DNA from: Gammaproteobacteria bacterium
GTDB taxonomy: Bacteria > Pseudomonadota > Gammaproteobacteria > CBDBNL01 > JAAOII01
Assembly: GCA_965209035.1 (NCBI GenBank)
Contig: OZ242372.1
Span: 224,001-288,000 of the forward strand
Reading direction: 5' to 3'
DNA length: 64,000 nt
The notes under the pieces are model-generated. The model was not told the DNA's origin and searched no databases. It saw only the letters and a list, made by a program, of their open reading frames with translations. The position numbers and the translations under genes are program-made. The first letter of the stretch is position 1; every line of letters starts with the position of its first letter. Of the stretch, positions 30,917 through 39,152 are shown piece after piece.

Positions 30917-33070
30917 TTAGGGTGTTGGTGTTCTGCCTTGCGGTTCCAGGCCGCCGACCACGCAGTTCAAGGCCGGGTATTCCTGATCAGTGCCAAGATT
31001 CCAGACTCGGACGAAATTGCCAGGCGGTTGGGAAGGACTTTCTATTTCCTCGCCGGTGTCCGGGTTGCACCAGAAGTTACCCCAGACCTCGTAAATAGTA
31101 CCGGCAAAGCCGCTGGTCGTGGACGGCGTTCGCAGTTCCTCTTCGGTTTTACTTTCGCCGCTGCCCGATTGGCCTGTGGTGGTTGTGTTCCAATAAGACG
31201 CATTGACTGTCGAAGCACCCAAACCGCTTAATCCGCCTACGCTGGTGCCGGAAGAACCGGATACACTGCCACCGACCACATAAGAGAAACTAATACTCAC
31301 ACCGGTGTCGAATCCTATTAATCCGCCTATACGGTTAGTACTAGAAGTAGTTCCTGCATTCATATCAGCCACATAAGAGTGCCTAATGGTCGCTCTGGCA
31401 CCGAATCCTATTAATCCGCCTATATCGGAAGCAGCAGAGGATAAGCTGCTGCTGGTCACATAAGACTGCACAATAGTGGCATCGTTGGCGTTTCCTACTA
31501 ACCCGCCTACGTTAACATCTCTGGATATTATGTTGCTGCCGGTCATATAAGAGCGACTAATCGTTACATTTGTACCGGTTCCTATTAATCCGCCAGTGCT
31601 AGCCGCTCCGTTTATTGTGCTATCTTTAACGATCACTTGGCTGATCATGGCATTCCGGGCACGGCCGGCGAGAGATCCTATATTACTGCTTGTGCTGCTA
31701 ACTCTTCCTGAAAGAAAAATGTTTTCCAGATTGGCGTTGTCGCCTACCCCAACTAACAAAGCGATAAATTGATCGCTGGTGACACTTGCATCCAACAAGC
31801 GCAGATTGCGAATTGTGCCATTGAGGGCAGCGAACAACCCGACTCCGATTGTTGTGCTACGCCCAATCAACAGTCCGACGATGTTGTGGTTGTTCCCTTC
31901 AAAAATTCCCGTATATGCTGTACAATCCGCTGAACTACTGCAGGAGCCGATCGGTACCCAGCCATTGCCGATCGTCCAGACAGATTGGTTGTTGCTGCCC
32001 TCGGCATAGGAAGCCGCATCACTAAAATTCAATGAGCGGGTCAGTTCATAACCCACACAGCCGCCGTTCTCTTCAGTCGGGCAGCCCCCAGAACCTACAG
32101 CGTCAATCGCGTCAATATGATCATCATCCGTCCCATCGCCATTTAGGTCATCGCGCAGCAGGGCCAGTTGATCCAAATTATGAATCTCGATCAAGCCGTT
32201 ATTATCATCGTCCGTATCTTCCGCATTCCCGGTACCATCACCATCAAAATCCGTACCCACACCACCGGATTGATCCGCTCCGGTGGTGCTGCGCAAAGAA
32301 CTTGAAACCCCGGAAATGTCATTTTCATAAAGCACCGTAATCGCGATGTTGTAGGTGATACCGTTAGTTAGGCCCGTAATTCTGTCCGTAACTCGAGCAC
32401 CGGATAAAAGTGAAATATCCGCCGTGGTGGAATCAAGTTCCTTTGTGTCGCCATCGGCATCATCATCAGCATTGAACCAGGCAAGATTGAACCCAACGAT
32501 ATCATCCCGATTCGGATTGGTCCAACCCACGAGAATATTATCCTCACCAACCAGCGTCCGGATATTGGAAACAGCCGGCAGAGTGGGGGTGCCGCCGCCA
32601 TTTCCATTACCACCGTTACCCGGCGGAGTGGTGGCAGGATCCATCCCGGTCATTCTTTGGACCGGAACCGAATCCACGGATGTACCATTCCGATAAAGGA
32701 CCGCAACTGTGATATTGTAAGTGGCGTCATAGGTAAGATCCGGAATGAGGAATGTATTATCCGAAGCACCCGCCGCAGTATTCGCTGCGTCAGAATCAAG
32801 CGCCATTTCTCCGCGATCGGTCGCCTCGGCATCATCATCAACATTGATCCACGCGATATTGAAGCCGGTGATATTCTCCAGGTTGGGATTGGTCCAACTC
32901 ACGGTGATATTATTGCCAGATGCCGCGGCTTTGATATTGGTGGCAGCCCCGGGATTGGAGATCGTGCGATCATCACCGCCGCCACCGCCGCTGCCGGCAC
33001 AACCGGCAAGAACCAAAGCAAGCATCCCTGTCAGCAGAACAGCGCATACCGAACGAGATGGCATCTTCAT
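30917..33070 (-). CDS. Large surface lipoprotein with two Fn3-like domains, a Ca-binding-like DxDxDG motif and GLUG-like repeats
   Basis: Lipobox LAGC; two ITVSWTNP...YNITVAVLY-type Fn3 units; DFDGDG..DDDNNGLIEIHNLDQL; repeated GGLIG/GGLVG units; C-terminal SYWN..WNLGT.EYPAL. Confidence 0.8.
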   Translation of the reverse strand: MKMPSRSVCAVLLTGMLALVLAGCAGSGGGGGDDRTISNPGAATNIKAAASGNNITVSWTNPNLENITGFNIAWINVDDDAEATDRGEMALDSDAANTAAGASDNTFLIPDLTYDATYNITVAVLYRNGTSVDSVPVQRMTGMDPATTPPGNGGNGNGGGTPTLPAVSNIRTLVGEDNILVGWTNPNRDDIVGFNLAWFNADDDADGDTKELDSTTADISLLSGARVTDRITGLTNGITYNIAITVLYENDISGVSSSLRSTTGADQSGGVGTDFDGDGTGNAEDTDDDNNGLIEIHNLDQLALLRDDLNGDGTDDDHIDAIDAVGSGGCPTEENGGCVGYELTRSLNFSDAASYAEGSNNQSVWTIGNGWVPIGSCSSSADCTAYTGIFEGNNHNIVGLLIGRSTTIGVGLFAALNGTIRNLRLLDASVTSDQFIALLVGVGDNANLENIFLSGRVSSTSSNIGSLAGRARNAMISQVIVKDSTINGAASTGGLIGTGTNVTISRSYMTGSNIISRDVNVGGLVGNANDATIVQSYVTSSSLSSAASDIGGLIGFGARATIRHSYVADMNAGTTSSTNRIGGLIGFDTGVSISFSYVVGGSVSGSSGTSVGGLSGLGASTVNASYWNTTTTGQSGSGESKTEEELRTPSTTSGFAGTIYEVWGNFWCNPDTGEEIESPSQPPGNFVRVWNLGTDQEYPALNCVVGGLEPQGRTPTP

Positions 33071-33311
33071 CCGCAGGCAGGTATTAGAAGCTGCCGTGAG
33101 CGGCCATGCCGGAAAGCATGCAAGCAGCCGACCAAATGACCGAGCAGCATTCGGCAAAAAATTAAAAGCATTATTAAGGAGACGCTCACATGCCGGGCGT
33201 CTTTGCCGGCAGTGCATTTCTTGCACCGACCGGACAGGAAAAAAGTATAGATTGTTCATAATTTTTTATTGTTATTAATATTCATTTATCTTTTAAATTT
33301 CAAGGAATTAT

Positions 33312-34394
33312 TCAATATCCTTTTTCATTATAACCTAAATCCAGTTTTTGTTTGGATTTTGTATGATCCCACCCATTTCTGGACTTTTGTTGTTTTTGCA
33401 AAAACTGGATTGGCGAGAGTTGTTTGAGAGCATAATGGGGACGTTCCAGATTATACCAAGCCAACCACTCGATGAGTTTGGCGTTGAATGCCGGCATATC
33501 CTTAACCAAGAGATGCCGCATATGACAACCGAACTCTTCCCAGAGAGTGCGATTAAACCGTTCGCAGTGTGCATTCATTTGCGGTTTCCTTGGATAGGTA
33601 TACCAGTGGGTGCTGCCGTTTGCGGTCACGACCCGGTGAAAGTCTTTGGCGAACTCACTGCCATTATCGGTGAGGACTTTTTCGATCCGAGTGCCGAGTA
33701 TGTTTTGCATGGCGGTAAAGAGCCGGGCGGAACTGGCCGAAGCAGCGGAGGTGTCGACACTGACCAGTGAGAAGCGGGAAAATAGGTCAATGCCGACATG
33801 CCAATAAAAGCGCCGGCCATCGACGATGCGGACGAGCGTATCAAAGGCAACACATTCACCTCTCCGGCCCGCAACAAAGCGGGTGTCCTTGCGCTCGCGC
33901 GGAGCACCATGCCGCGGGCGTTTCGGCACGGACCGCGATGGTTTGCACCGCATCTTATCCGGGTCATCGGCAATGATGCGAGAGAGCGTTGATTGGCTGG
34001 GCAGCGGCAGCCCGCGCTGCTGACACCATTCGGGTAACAAGCAGACCAGTTTACCGGCACCGATGTTCGGACGCTGTTGTCGCCAAGATCGGATCTTGGT
34101 AATCAGTGCCGGTGGCCAGGTGTTGGACCGCTTGGGCTGATACCCATAGTTGTTCGCCAGTTCATCGACCCCGCCTTCACGGAAACGCCGCTGCCACTCG
34201 TAGAATGTAGCACGACTGATCCTGGTATGATCCAACGCGGCCGCGACACCATGTTTGCGCGCGAACGCCAAGGTGTCCAGTTTTATTTTGGTGGTTTTAG
34301 ACATGTTTAAATATTGATTTGCTAAAACCACCATTTTATTGAAACCGCGCACGCGATAACCAATGTAGCGTAAACGTGTCCCTCTCATTTCCAA
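33312..34394 (-). CDS. IS481-family DDE transposase (rve integrase core)
   Basis: HTH (ISRATFYEW), FDT, IDLFSR, LTDNGSEF, PQMNAHCERFNRT, WYNLERPH. Confidence 0.9.
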   Translation of the reverse strand: MEMRGTRLRYIGYRVRGFNKMVVLANQYLNMSKTTKIKLDTLAFARKHGVAAALDHTRISRATFYEWQRRFREGGVDELANNYGYQPKRSNTWPPALITKIRSWRQQRPNIGAGKLVCLLPEWCQQRGLPLPSQSTLSRIIADDPDKMRCKPSRSVPKRPRHGAPRERKDTRFVAGRRGECVAFDTLVRIVDGRRFYWHVGIDLFSRFSLVSVDTSAASASSARLFTAMQNILGTRIEKVLTDNGSEFAKDFHRVVTANGSTHWYTYPRKPQMNAHCERFNRTLWEEFGCHMRHLLVKDMPAFNAKLIEWLAWYNLERPHYALKQLSPIQFLQKQQKSRNGWDHTKSKQKLDLGYNEKGY

Positions 34395-34444
34395 TGTGCA
34401 GTCCGGCTGCCCTCACAAACCGTACCGTCTCGCCAGCGGATACA
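33360..34444 (-). mobile_element. IS481-family insertion sequence (ends approximate)
   Basis: Transposase ORF; TGTAT at 33360 and ATACA at 34440-34444 fit IS481 TGT...ACA ends, but no long TIR or TSD recognised. Confidence 0.6.
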
Positions 34445-34524
34445 CCTAGACAGTTTTATCAACAACAAGCCTCCGCTGTCTGCGGCGGTGAGAGCAAAAC
34501 AGCTATCCGTCCTTCTTGCCCGTT

Positions 34525-34658
34525 TCATTCATCTAGCTCCACATACCGAAGGCCCGTTGCCGGATCTATTTTCGACCCGTCCGACAGAACCTCCGGCCGC
34601 TTGATCTGAGGACGCACAATGCCGAACTCAGAGTCCAGAACCTTTATGAGATCATGCA
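34525..34658 (-). repeat. Dispersed ~130-bp coding-like repeat ('DSEFG' element), copy 1
   Basis: Homologous to 36201-36333 (+) and 59434-59502 (-); reads HDLIKVLDSEFGIVRPQIKRPEVLSDGSKIDPATGLRYVELDE*. Confidence 0.85.
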
Positions 34659-34728
34659 GATTTAGAAAGAATTGTTCAGGTTTATAAAAACTGCCTCAAA
34701 CTCTTATCCATTAAGAGTTTGTAAGGAA

Positions 34729-34998
34729 GTATCCGCATCTTCAGTATCCGCATCTTCGGTATCCGCATCTTCGGTATCCGCATCTTCAGTATCCGCATCT
34801 TCGGTATCCGCATCTTCAGTATCCGCATCTTCGGTATCCGCATCTTCGGTATCCGCATCTTCGGTATCCGCATCTTCGGTATCCGCATCTTCGGTATCCG
34901 CATCTTCGGTATCCGCATCTTCGGTATCCGCATCTTCGGTATCCGCATCTTCGGTATCCGCATCTTCGGTATCCGCATCTTCGGTATCCGCATCTTCG
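34729..34998. repeat. VNTR: 18 x 15-bp unit gtatccgcatcttc[g/a]
   Basis: Direct count; 270 bp; only the last base varies. Confidence 0.97.
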
Positions 34999-35008
34999 AA
35001 GCCCGGTG

Positions 35009-35040
35009 ATACAAGATCTCCCGCCCGTCATTGACCGCAG
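35009..35040. repeat. 32-bp direct repeat, copy 2
   Basis: Matches 30393-30424 with 2 mismatches. Confidence 0.8.
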
Positions 35041-35133
35041 CCCGGTAATTTTTTTGTGGTTACAACTTCCCCGATATCATTTTTGGTATTGGGGCAAAAA
35101 AATATGGGAATGCATAAAAAATACGGCAAGAGA

Positions 35134-35142
35134 TGTTATAAT
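35134..35142 (+). promoter_or_regulatory. Extended -10 promoter element (TGnTATAAT)
   Basis: tgttataat 11 nt upstream of the 35154 ATG. Confidence 0.55.
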
Positions 35143-35153
35143 TCTTACAGGTT

Positions 35154-36137
35154 ATGGGTTATTTTATGAAATTTAGAAAAATGACAAAGGAGGATATGGA
35201 CTGTAACACAGTCGCAGAAAAATCGGCGGGGAAATACAATACCGAGCGTCTGCCGGAAGTAAAGGTTAGCGTTTGGACATACATCCTATGTGCCATTGGG
35301 TTGTTTGTATTTACGGCATTTTCTACTCTTACCCTTTACGATGCCGCCCTTGCATACAATTTGATACCGGAAGGCAGTTGGTTTATTCTTTTTCTGCTCG
35401 GCTTCTTTGTGATGATCCTTGGCCTGGTCTGCGAATATGCCATAGCTTCGTTATACCTGGCTGTGGCAAAAACAAATCAAAAAATAGAAGTTAATATAGA
35501 GGAAGTAAAAGAGGAGATTACGGGAGTCAGAACTGAATTAAAAGGGGATATTGCGGGAGTCAGAACTGAACTAAAAGGGGATATTGCGGGAGTCAGAACT
35601 GGGCTAAAAGGGGATATTGCAAGAGTCAGAACTGAACTAAAAGGGGATATTGCAAGAGTCAGAACTGGGCTAAAAGGGGATATTACGGGAGTCAGAACTG
35701 AATTGGATGTTGTTGTCAAAACTTTGAAGTTGATGCTTTTGAATAAGAAAGGTGTTGCCATGCAAGTACTAATTGCCGCGGAGCATTCTCCTCTCGATAT
35801 GACAGCTCTTGGTCGGGAAACATTGGAGGAAAGTGGCATTAAAAAATATGTTGACGGCCGTTGGGAAGAATGGAGTCAGCAATTGCATGTACTCAACTTA
35901 TCCAAAAAGCATACGGGGGATCTTTACAAGATTCAAGAAGAAATTTTTTCTTTTGTGGAAGCAAACATCTCCGAGAAAGAAGATCTTGCGTCAATGATAG
36001 AAGAAATCGGTTCCTTAACCAATCTGCGCTTTCTGGCACGCCTGTATGTCCGCAACAAATTTTTTAAAGAAAACAATTGGGTGATTAAGGAAATAGACAA
36101 GTACAACCCGGCCAAGAATAAACCCGCCAAGGAGTGA
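35154..36137 (+). CDS. Membrane protein with two N-terminal TM helices and 11-residue coiled-coil repeats (KGDIAGVRTEL), paralog 1
   Basis: Two hydrophobic segments, 33-bp tandem repeats, near-identical to 36326..37204. Confidence 0.8.
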   Translation: MGYFMKFRKMTKEDMDCNTVAEKSAGKYNTERLPEVKVSVWTYILCAIGLFVFTAFSTLTLYDAALAYNLIPEGSWFILFLLGFFVMILGLVCEYAIASLYLAVAKTNQKIEVNIEEVKEEITGVRTELKGDIAGVRTELKGDIAGVRTGLKGDIARVRTELKGDIARVRTGLKGDITGVRTELDVVVKTLKLMLLNKKGVAMQVLIAAEHSPLDMTALGRETLEESGIKKYVDGRWEEWSQQLHVLNLSKKHTGDLYKIQEEIFSFVEANISEKEDLASMIEEIGSLTNLRFLARLYVRNKFFKENNWVIKEIDKYNPAKNKPAKE

Positions 36138-36200
36138 AGCAGCCCACCTTGACTTTAGAAAGCAGTTTTTATATTTTAAAAACTCTTGTATCTATAAGGG

Positions 36201-36333
36201 GCATAACCTCAGCAAGGTGCCGGACTCTGAGTTTGGGATGGTGCGCCCTCAGATCAAAGAGCCGGAGGTCCGGCCGGACGGGGTAAAAAGAGATCCGACA
36301 AGCGGCTTAAGGTATGTGAAGATAGATGAATAA
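36201..36333 (+). repeat. 'DSEFG' element, copy 2
   Basis: Reads HNLSKVPDSEFGMVRPQIKEPEVRPDGVKRDPTSGLRYVKIDE*; its stop overlaps the ATG of 36326. Confidence 0.85.
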
Positions 36334-37204
36334 GGAGGATATGGACTGTAACACAGTCGCAGAAAAATCGGCGGGGAAATACAATACCGAGCGTCTGCCG
36401 GAAGTAAAGGTTAGCGTTTGGACATACATCCTATGTGCAATTGGGTTGTTTGTATTTACGGCATTTTCTACTCTTACCCTTTACGATGCCGCCCTTGCAT
36501 ACAAGTTGATACCGGAGGGCAGTTGGTTTATTCTTTTTCTGCTCGGCTTCTTTGTGATGATCCTTGGCCTGGTCTGCGAATATGCCATAGCTTCGTTATA
36601 CCTGGCTGTGGCAAAAACAAATCAAAAAATAGAAGTTAATATAGAGGAAGTAAAAGAGGAGATTACGGGAGTCAGAACTGAACTAAAAGGGGGTATTGCA
36701 GGAGTCAGAACTGAACTAAAAGGGGATATTGCGGGAGTCAGAACAGAGATTGCGGGAGTCAGAACTGAATTGGATGTTGTTGTCAAAACTTTGAAGTTGA
36801 TGCTTTTGAATAAGAAAGGTGTTGCCATGCAAGTACTAATTGCCGCGGAGCATTCTCCTCTCGATATGACAGCTCTTGGTCGGGAAACATTGGAGGAAAG
36901 CGGCATTAAAAAATATGTTGACGGCCGTTGGGAAGAATGGAGTCAGCAATTGCATGTACTCAACCTATCCAAAAAGCATACGGGGGATCTTTATAAGATT
37001 CAAGAAGAAATTTTTTCTTTTGTGGAAGCAAACATCTCCGAGAAAGAAGATCTTGCGTCAATGATAGAAGAAATCGGTTCCTTAACCAATCTGCGCTTTC
37101 TGGCACGCCTGTATGCCCGCAACAAATTTTTTAAAGAAAACAATTGGGTCATTAAGGAAATAGACAAGTACAACCCGGCCAAAAATAAACCCGCCAAGGA
37201 GTAA
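36326..37204 (+). CDS. Membrane coiled-coil repeat protein, paralog 2 (fewer repeats)
   Basis: Near-identical to 35154..36137 except for repeat number. Confidence 0.8.
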   Translation: MNKEDMDCNTVAEKSAGKYNTERLPEVKVSVWTYILCAIGLFVFTAFSTLTLYDAALAYKLIPEGSWFILFLLGFFVMILGLVCEYAIASLYLAVAKTNQKIEVNIEEVKEEITGVRTELKGGIAGVRTELKGDIAGVRTEIAGVRTELDVVVKTLKLMLLNKKGVAMQVLIAAEHSPLDMTALGRETLEESGIKKYVDGRWEEWSQQLHVLNLSKKHTGDLYKIQEEIFSFVEANISEKEDLASMIEEIGSLTNLRFLARLYARNKFFKENNWVIKEIDKYNPAKNKPAKE

Positions 37205-37279
37205 AACCTCCCGTTGCGCTATTTGAGCGGGAACTCCGCTTCCAATTCGGCAAAAAAAGATCCCTTCCCCTCACTCAGA

Positions 37280-37535
37280 AGTCAGCCGGTGATCCCTTCA
37301 TTCGTCTGTGGGATCTTGGCACGAGCCGCCAATACCCCGTCTTGAACTGCATGCCGAGTGGTCTCTCGGCGCAAGGTAAGTAAGGTGAGAGATTAGAAGG
37401 GAAAGCGTCTAAAGCAGGCCGAAAGTGCGTTTGGCTGCTTCGGCGGTCCAAACAGATCGATTGGGCATCGATGCGGCGGCTATGAAACAGCGATGCAGCG
37501 GCTGCGAAGCAGAGACAAGTGTGCGGTGCGGCAAA
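37280..37535 (+). ncRNA. Candidate structured non-coding RNA, family not recognised
   Basis: At least five local hairpins including a C(UUCG)G tetraloop, plus long-range pairings; GC-rich tract in an AT-rich intergenic region. Confidence 0.45.
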
Positions 37536-37656
37536 GAGTACATTTTTAACAAGCCTCGATTTTTCTACCAATCGCCCGGAAAAAATTATAAAAAACACCC
37601 ATATCGGTGCATGACATTAATCACATCACCCGAAACAAAGTGTAAAATACTTAAAC

Positions 37657-37729
37657 GGACGCTTAGCTCAGCCGGAAGAGCATCGCCCTTACAAGGCGAG
37701 GGTCGCAGGTTCGATCCCTGCAGCGTCCA
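37657..37729 (+). tRNA. tRNA-Val(TAC), CCA not encoded
   Basis: Acceptor GGACGCT/AGCGTCC, anticodon arm tcgcc-cttacaa-ggcga, T-loop GGTTCGATCC. Confidence 0.95.
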
Positions 37730-37734
37730 TGGTT

Positions 37735-37811
37735 GGAGCGGTAGTTCAGTTGGTTAGAATGCTGGCCTGTCACGCCGGAGGTCGCGGGTTCGAGTCCCGT
37801 CCGCTCCGCCA
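37735..37811 (+). tRNA. tRNA-Asp(GTC)
   Basis: GGAGCGG...CCGCTCCGCCA, anticodon loop ctgtcac, T-loop GGTTCGAGTCC. Confidence 0.97.
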
Positions 37812-39055
37812 TTTTTTCTTTCGGACTCTTTATTTTTAGCGGGATCTTTATCCGGATCTTTATTTTTATTAACGCTTCTTTGCCGAAAGCCGGATTCCAA
37901 ATAGTCCGCGGAATGCATCTCAAACAGGCGGCTTAATGTTCTGCCACTTTCGCCCCCTTCTCGTCGTTCCTTACCCTTGCCGTAAAGATCGGCCAAAGAC
38001 ACAGCCGCACTCATCACCGGAATACAGCCCTCGTCATAGAGGATATCCACAAGCCAAGTAAATCTTCGCGATGCCTCCGCCAAGGCGGGATCATGAAGAG
38101 ACGGAATCTCGGATATGAACACCACGTTGAACTTTTCCGCCAGTCGCAGATAGTCTTCTTTCCCTCTGGCCGCCCGGCAAAGTTCGGAAAAACAGAACCA
38201 AATACTGTCCGAACAACGGGCAATGGCGGGAATTTTCCGCCCGCCCGCTTCCAACACAGGCGGCAGCCGGCTGCCGCAAGCGAATTTCTCATAGACATCC
38301 GATAATTTTTGGCGGGAAAGATCTGCCAGCGGGTAAAAAAACCGCTCGTCTCCCGCCAACTTTTCCCGCCGATAGTCCGCTCCGTCTCCCATATCAAATA
38401 CAATAAAAGATTTTTCTATCAGTTCAATCGTCGGCAAAAAAAGATGCCGCGCCAAACCATCCCGATACAGATCCCGGGGGGCATAGTTTGATGTCATAAT
38501 CAAGTCGGTTCCGCCGCGCAACAGTTCCGACAAAATGCGCGCCAAGATCATCGCATCGCCTATATCCGAAACATGGAATTCGTCAAAGCAGATTAACTTA
38601 AATTGCCGGGCAAGTTCTTTTGTCAGGACTGCCAAGTGATTATTCTCTTTGCCGTTGTTTTGGGACGCAAGCCTGTTCATCCCCGAATGAAAATGTCGCA
38701 TAAACGCATGAAAATGCACACGCCTCTTTTCGGGGACAGGCGTATTGAGAAAAAACTCATCCATCAAAAAGGTTTTGCCCCGGCCCACACCGCCGTGCAG
38801 GTAAATCCCGCGGGCACCGGTTCCCGTTTGCCGACCGGAATTCCGGACTAACTTTTTCCATAGCCCGCTTCCTTTGCGAGAATAATGTTCCGAGCGGGCG
38901 GCGATAAACGAATTTAAAAGTCCGGCCGCTTCTTCCTGTTTAGGATCAAACTTAAGTTTTCCCCGGCTTACAAGTTCCGAATACCAAGCGGGGGCATCAA
39001 CGGTGGCGGCGGTTAACTTCTTGGCATCCGGCACATCAGAAGAAGCCGGCATCAT
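37754..39055 (-). CDS. zapE: Cell division ATPase ZapE (AFG1 family)
   Basis: GIYLHGGVGRGKTFLMD, RVHFHAFM, CFDEFHVSDIGDAMIL, TSN, RTLSRLFEM. Confidence 0.93.
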   Translation of the reverse strand: MMPASSDVPDAKKLTAATVDAPAWYSELVSRGKLKFDPKQEEAAGLLNSFIAARSEHYSRKGSGLWKKLVRNSGRQTGTGARGIYLHGGVGRGKTFLMDEFFLNTPVPEKRRVHFHAFMRHFHSGMNRLASQNNGKENNHLAVLTKELARQFKLICFDEFHVSDIGDAMILARILSELLRGGTDLIMTSNYAPRDLYRDGLARHLFLPTIELIEKSFIVFDMGDGADYRREKLAGDERFFYPLADLSRQKLSDVYEKFACGSRLPPVLEAGGRKIPAIARCSDSIWFCFSELCRAARGKEDYLRLAEKFNVVFISEIPSLHDPALAEASRRFTWLVDILYDEGCIPVMSAAVSLADLYGKGKERREGGESGRTLSRLFEMHSADYLESGFRQRSVNKNKDPDKDPAKNKESERKNGGADGTRTRDLRRDRPAF

Positions 39056-39152
39056 TTGAAACGAAAACAGAGGGCGAGCGTTTGTGAAATCGGCCGCACA
39101 ACATCCGTCTTGGCAACCGCGAACATACCGTTAGTTGCCGGATTCAATCTTC

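Noticed and set aside
34729-34998. CRISPR array
   Set aside because: Contiguous 15-bp units with no spacers and no cas genes; it is a VNTR.
34672-35034. ORFs encoding VSASS, KMRIP or RRCGY repeats
   Set aside because: These frames are open only because the repeat lacks stops; there is no RBS or domain evidence.
30693-36191. Shared 16-mer ttaaaaactcttgtat at ~30693 and ~36176
   Set aside because: Short and AT-rich; a similar string occurs near 4729, so I cannot distinguish it from chance.
34525-37204. Diversity-generating retroelement or retron
   Set aside because: No reverse transcriptase in the window, and differences between repeat copies are not adenine-specific.
37280-37535. tmRNA, RNase P, 6S RNA or group I/II intron
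   Set aside because: Only short coincidental motifs (gcatgccgag, cttgaac, gcagagac); no tag ORF or tRNA-like ends, no P4 consensus, no P7/S element, no domain V.
30400-37811. tRNA-anchored genomic island or prophage
   Set aside because: No integrase, no phage genes and no duplicated tRNA 3' end seen; the accessory block lies 5' of the tRNAs.
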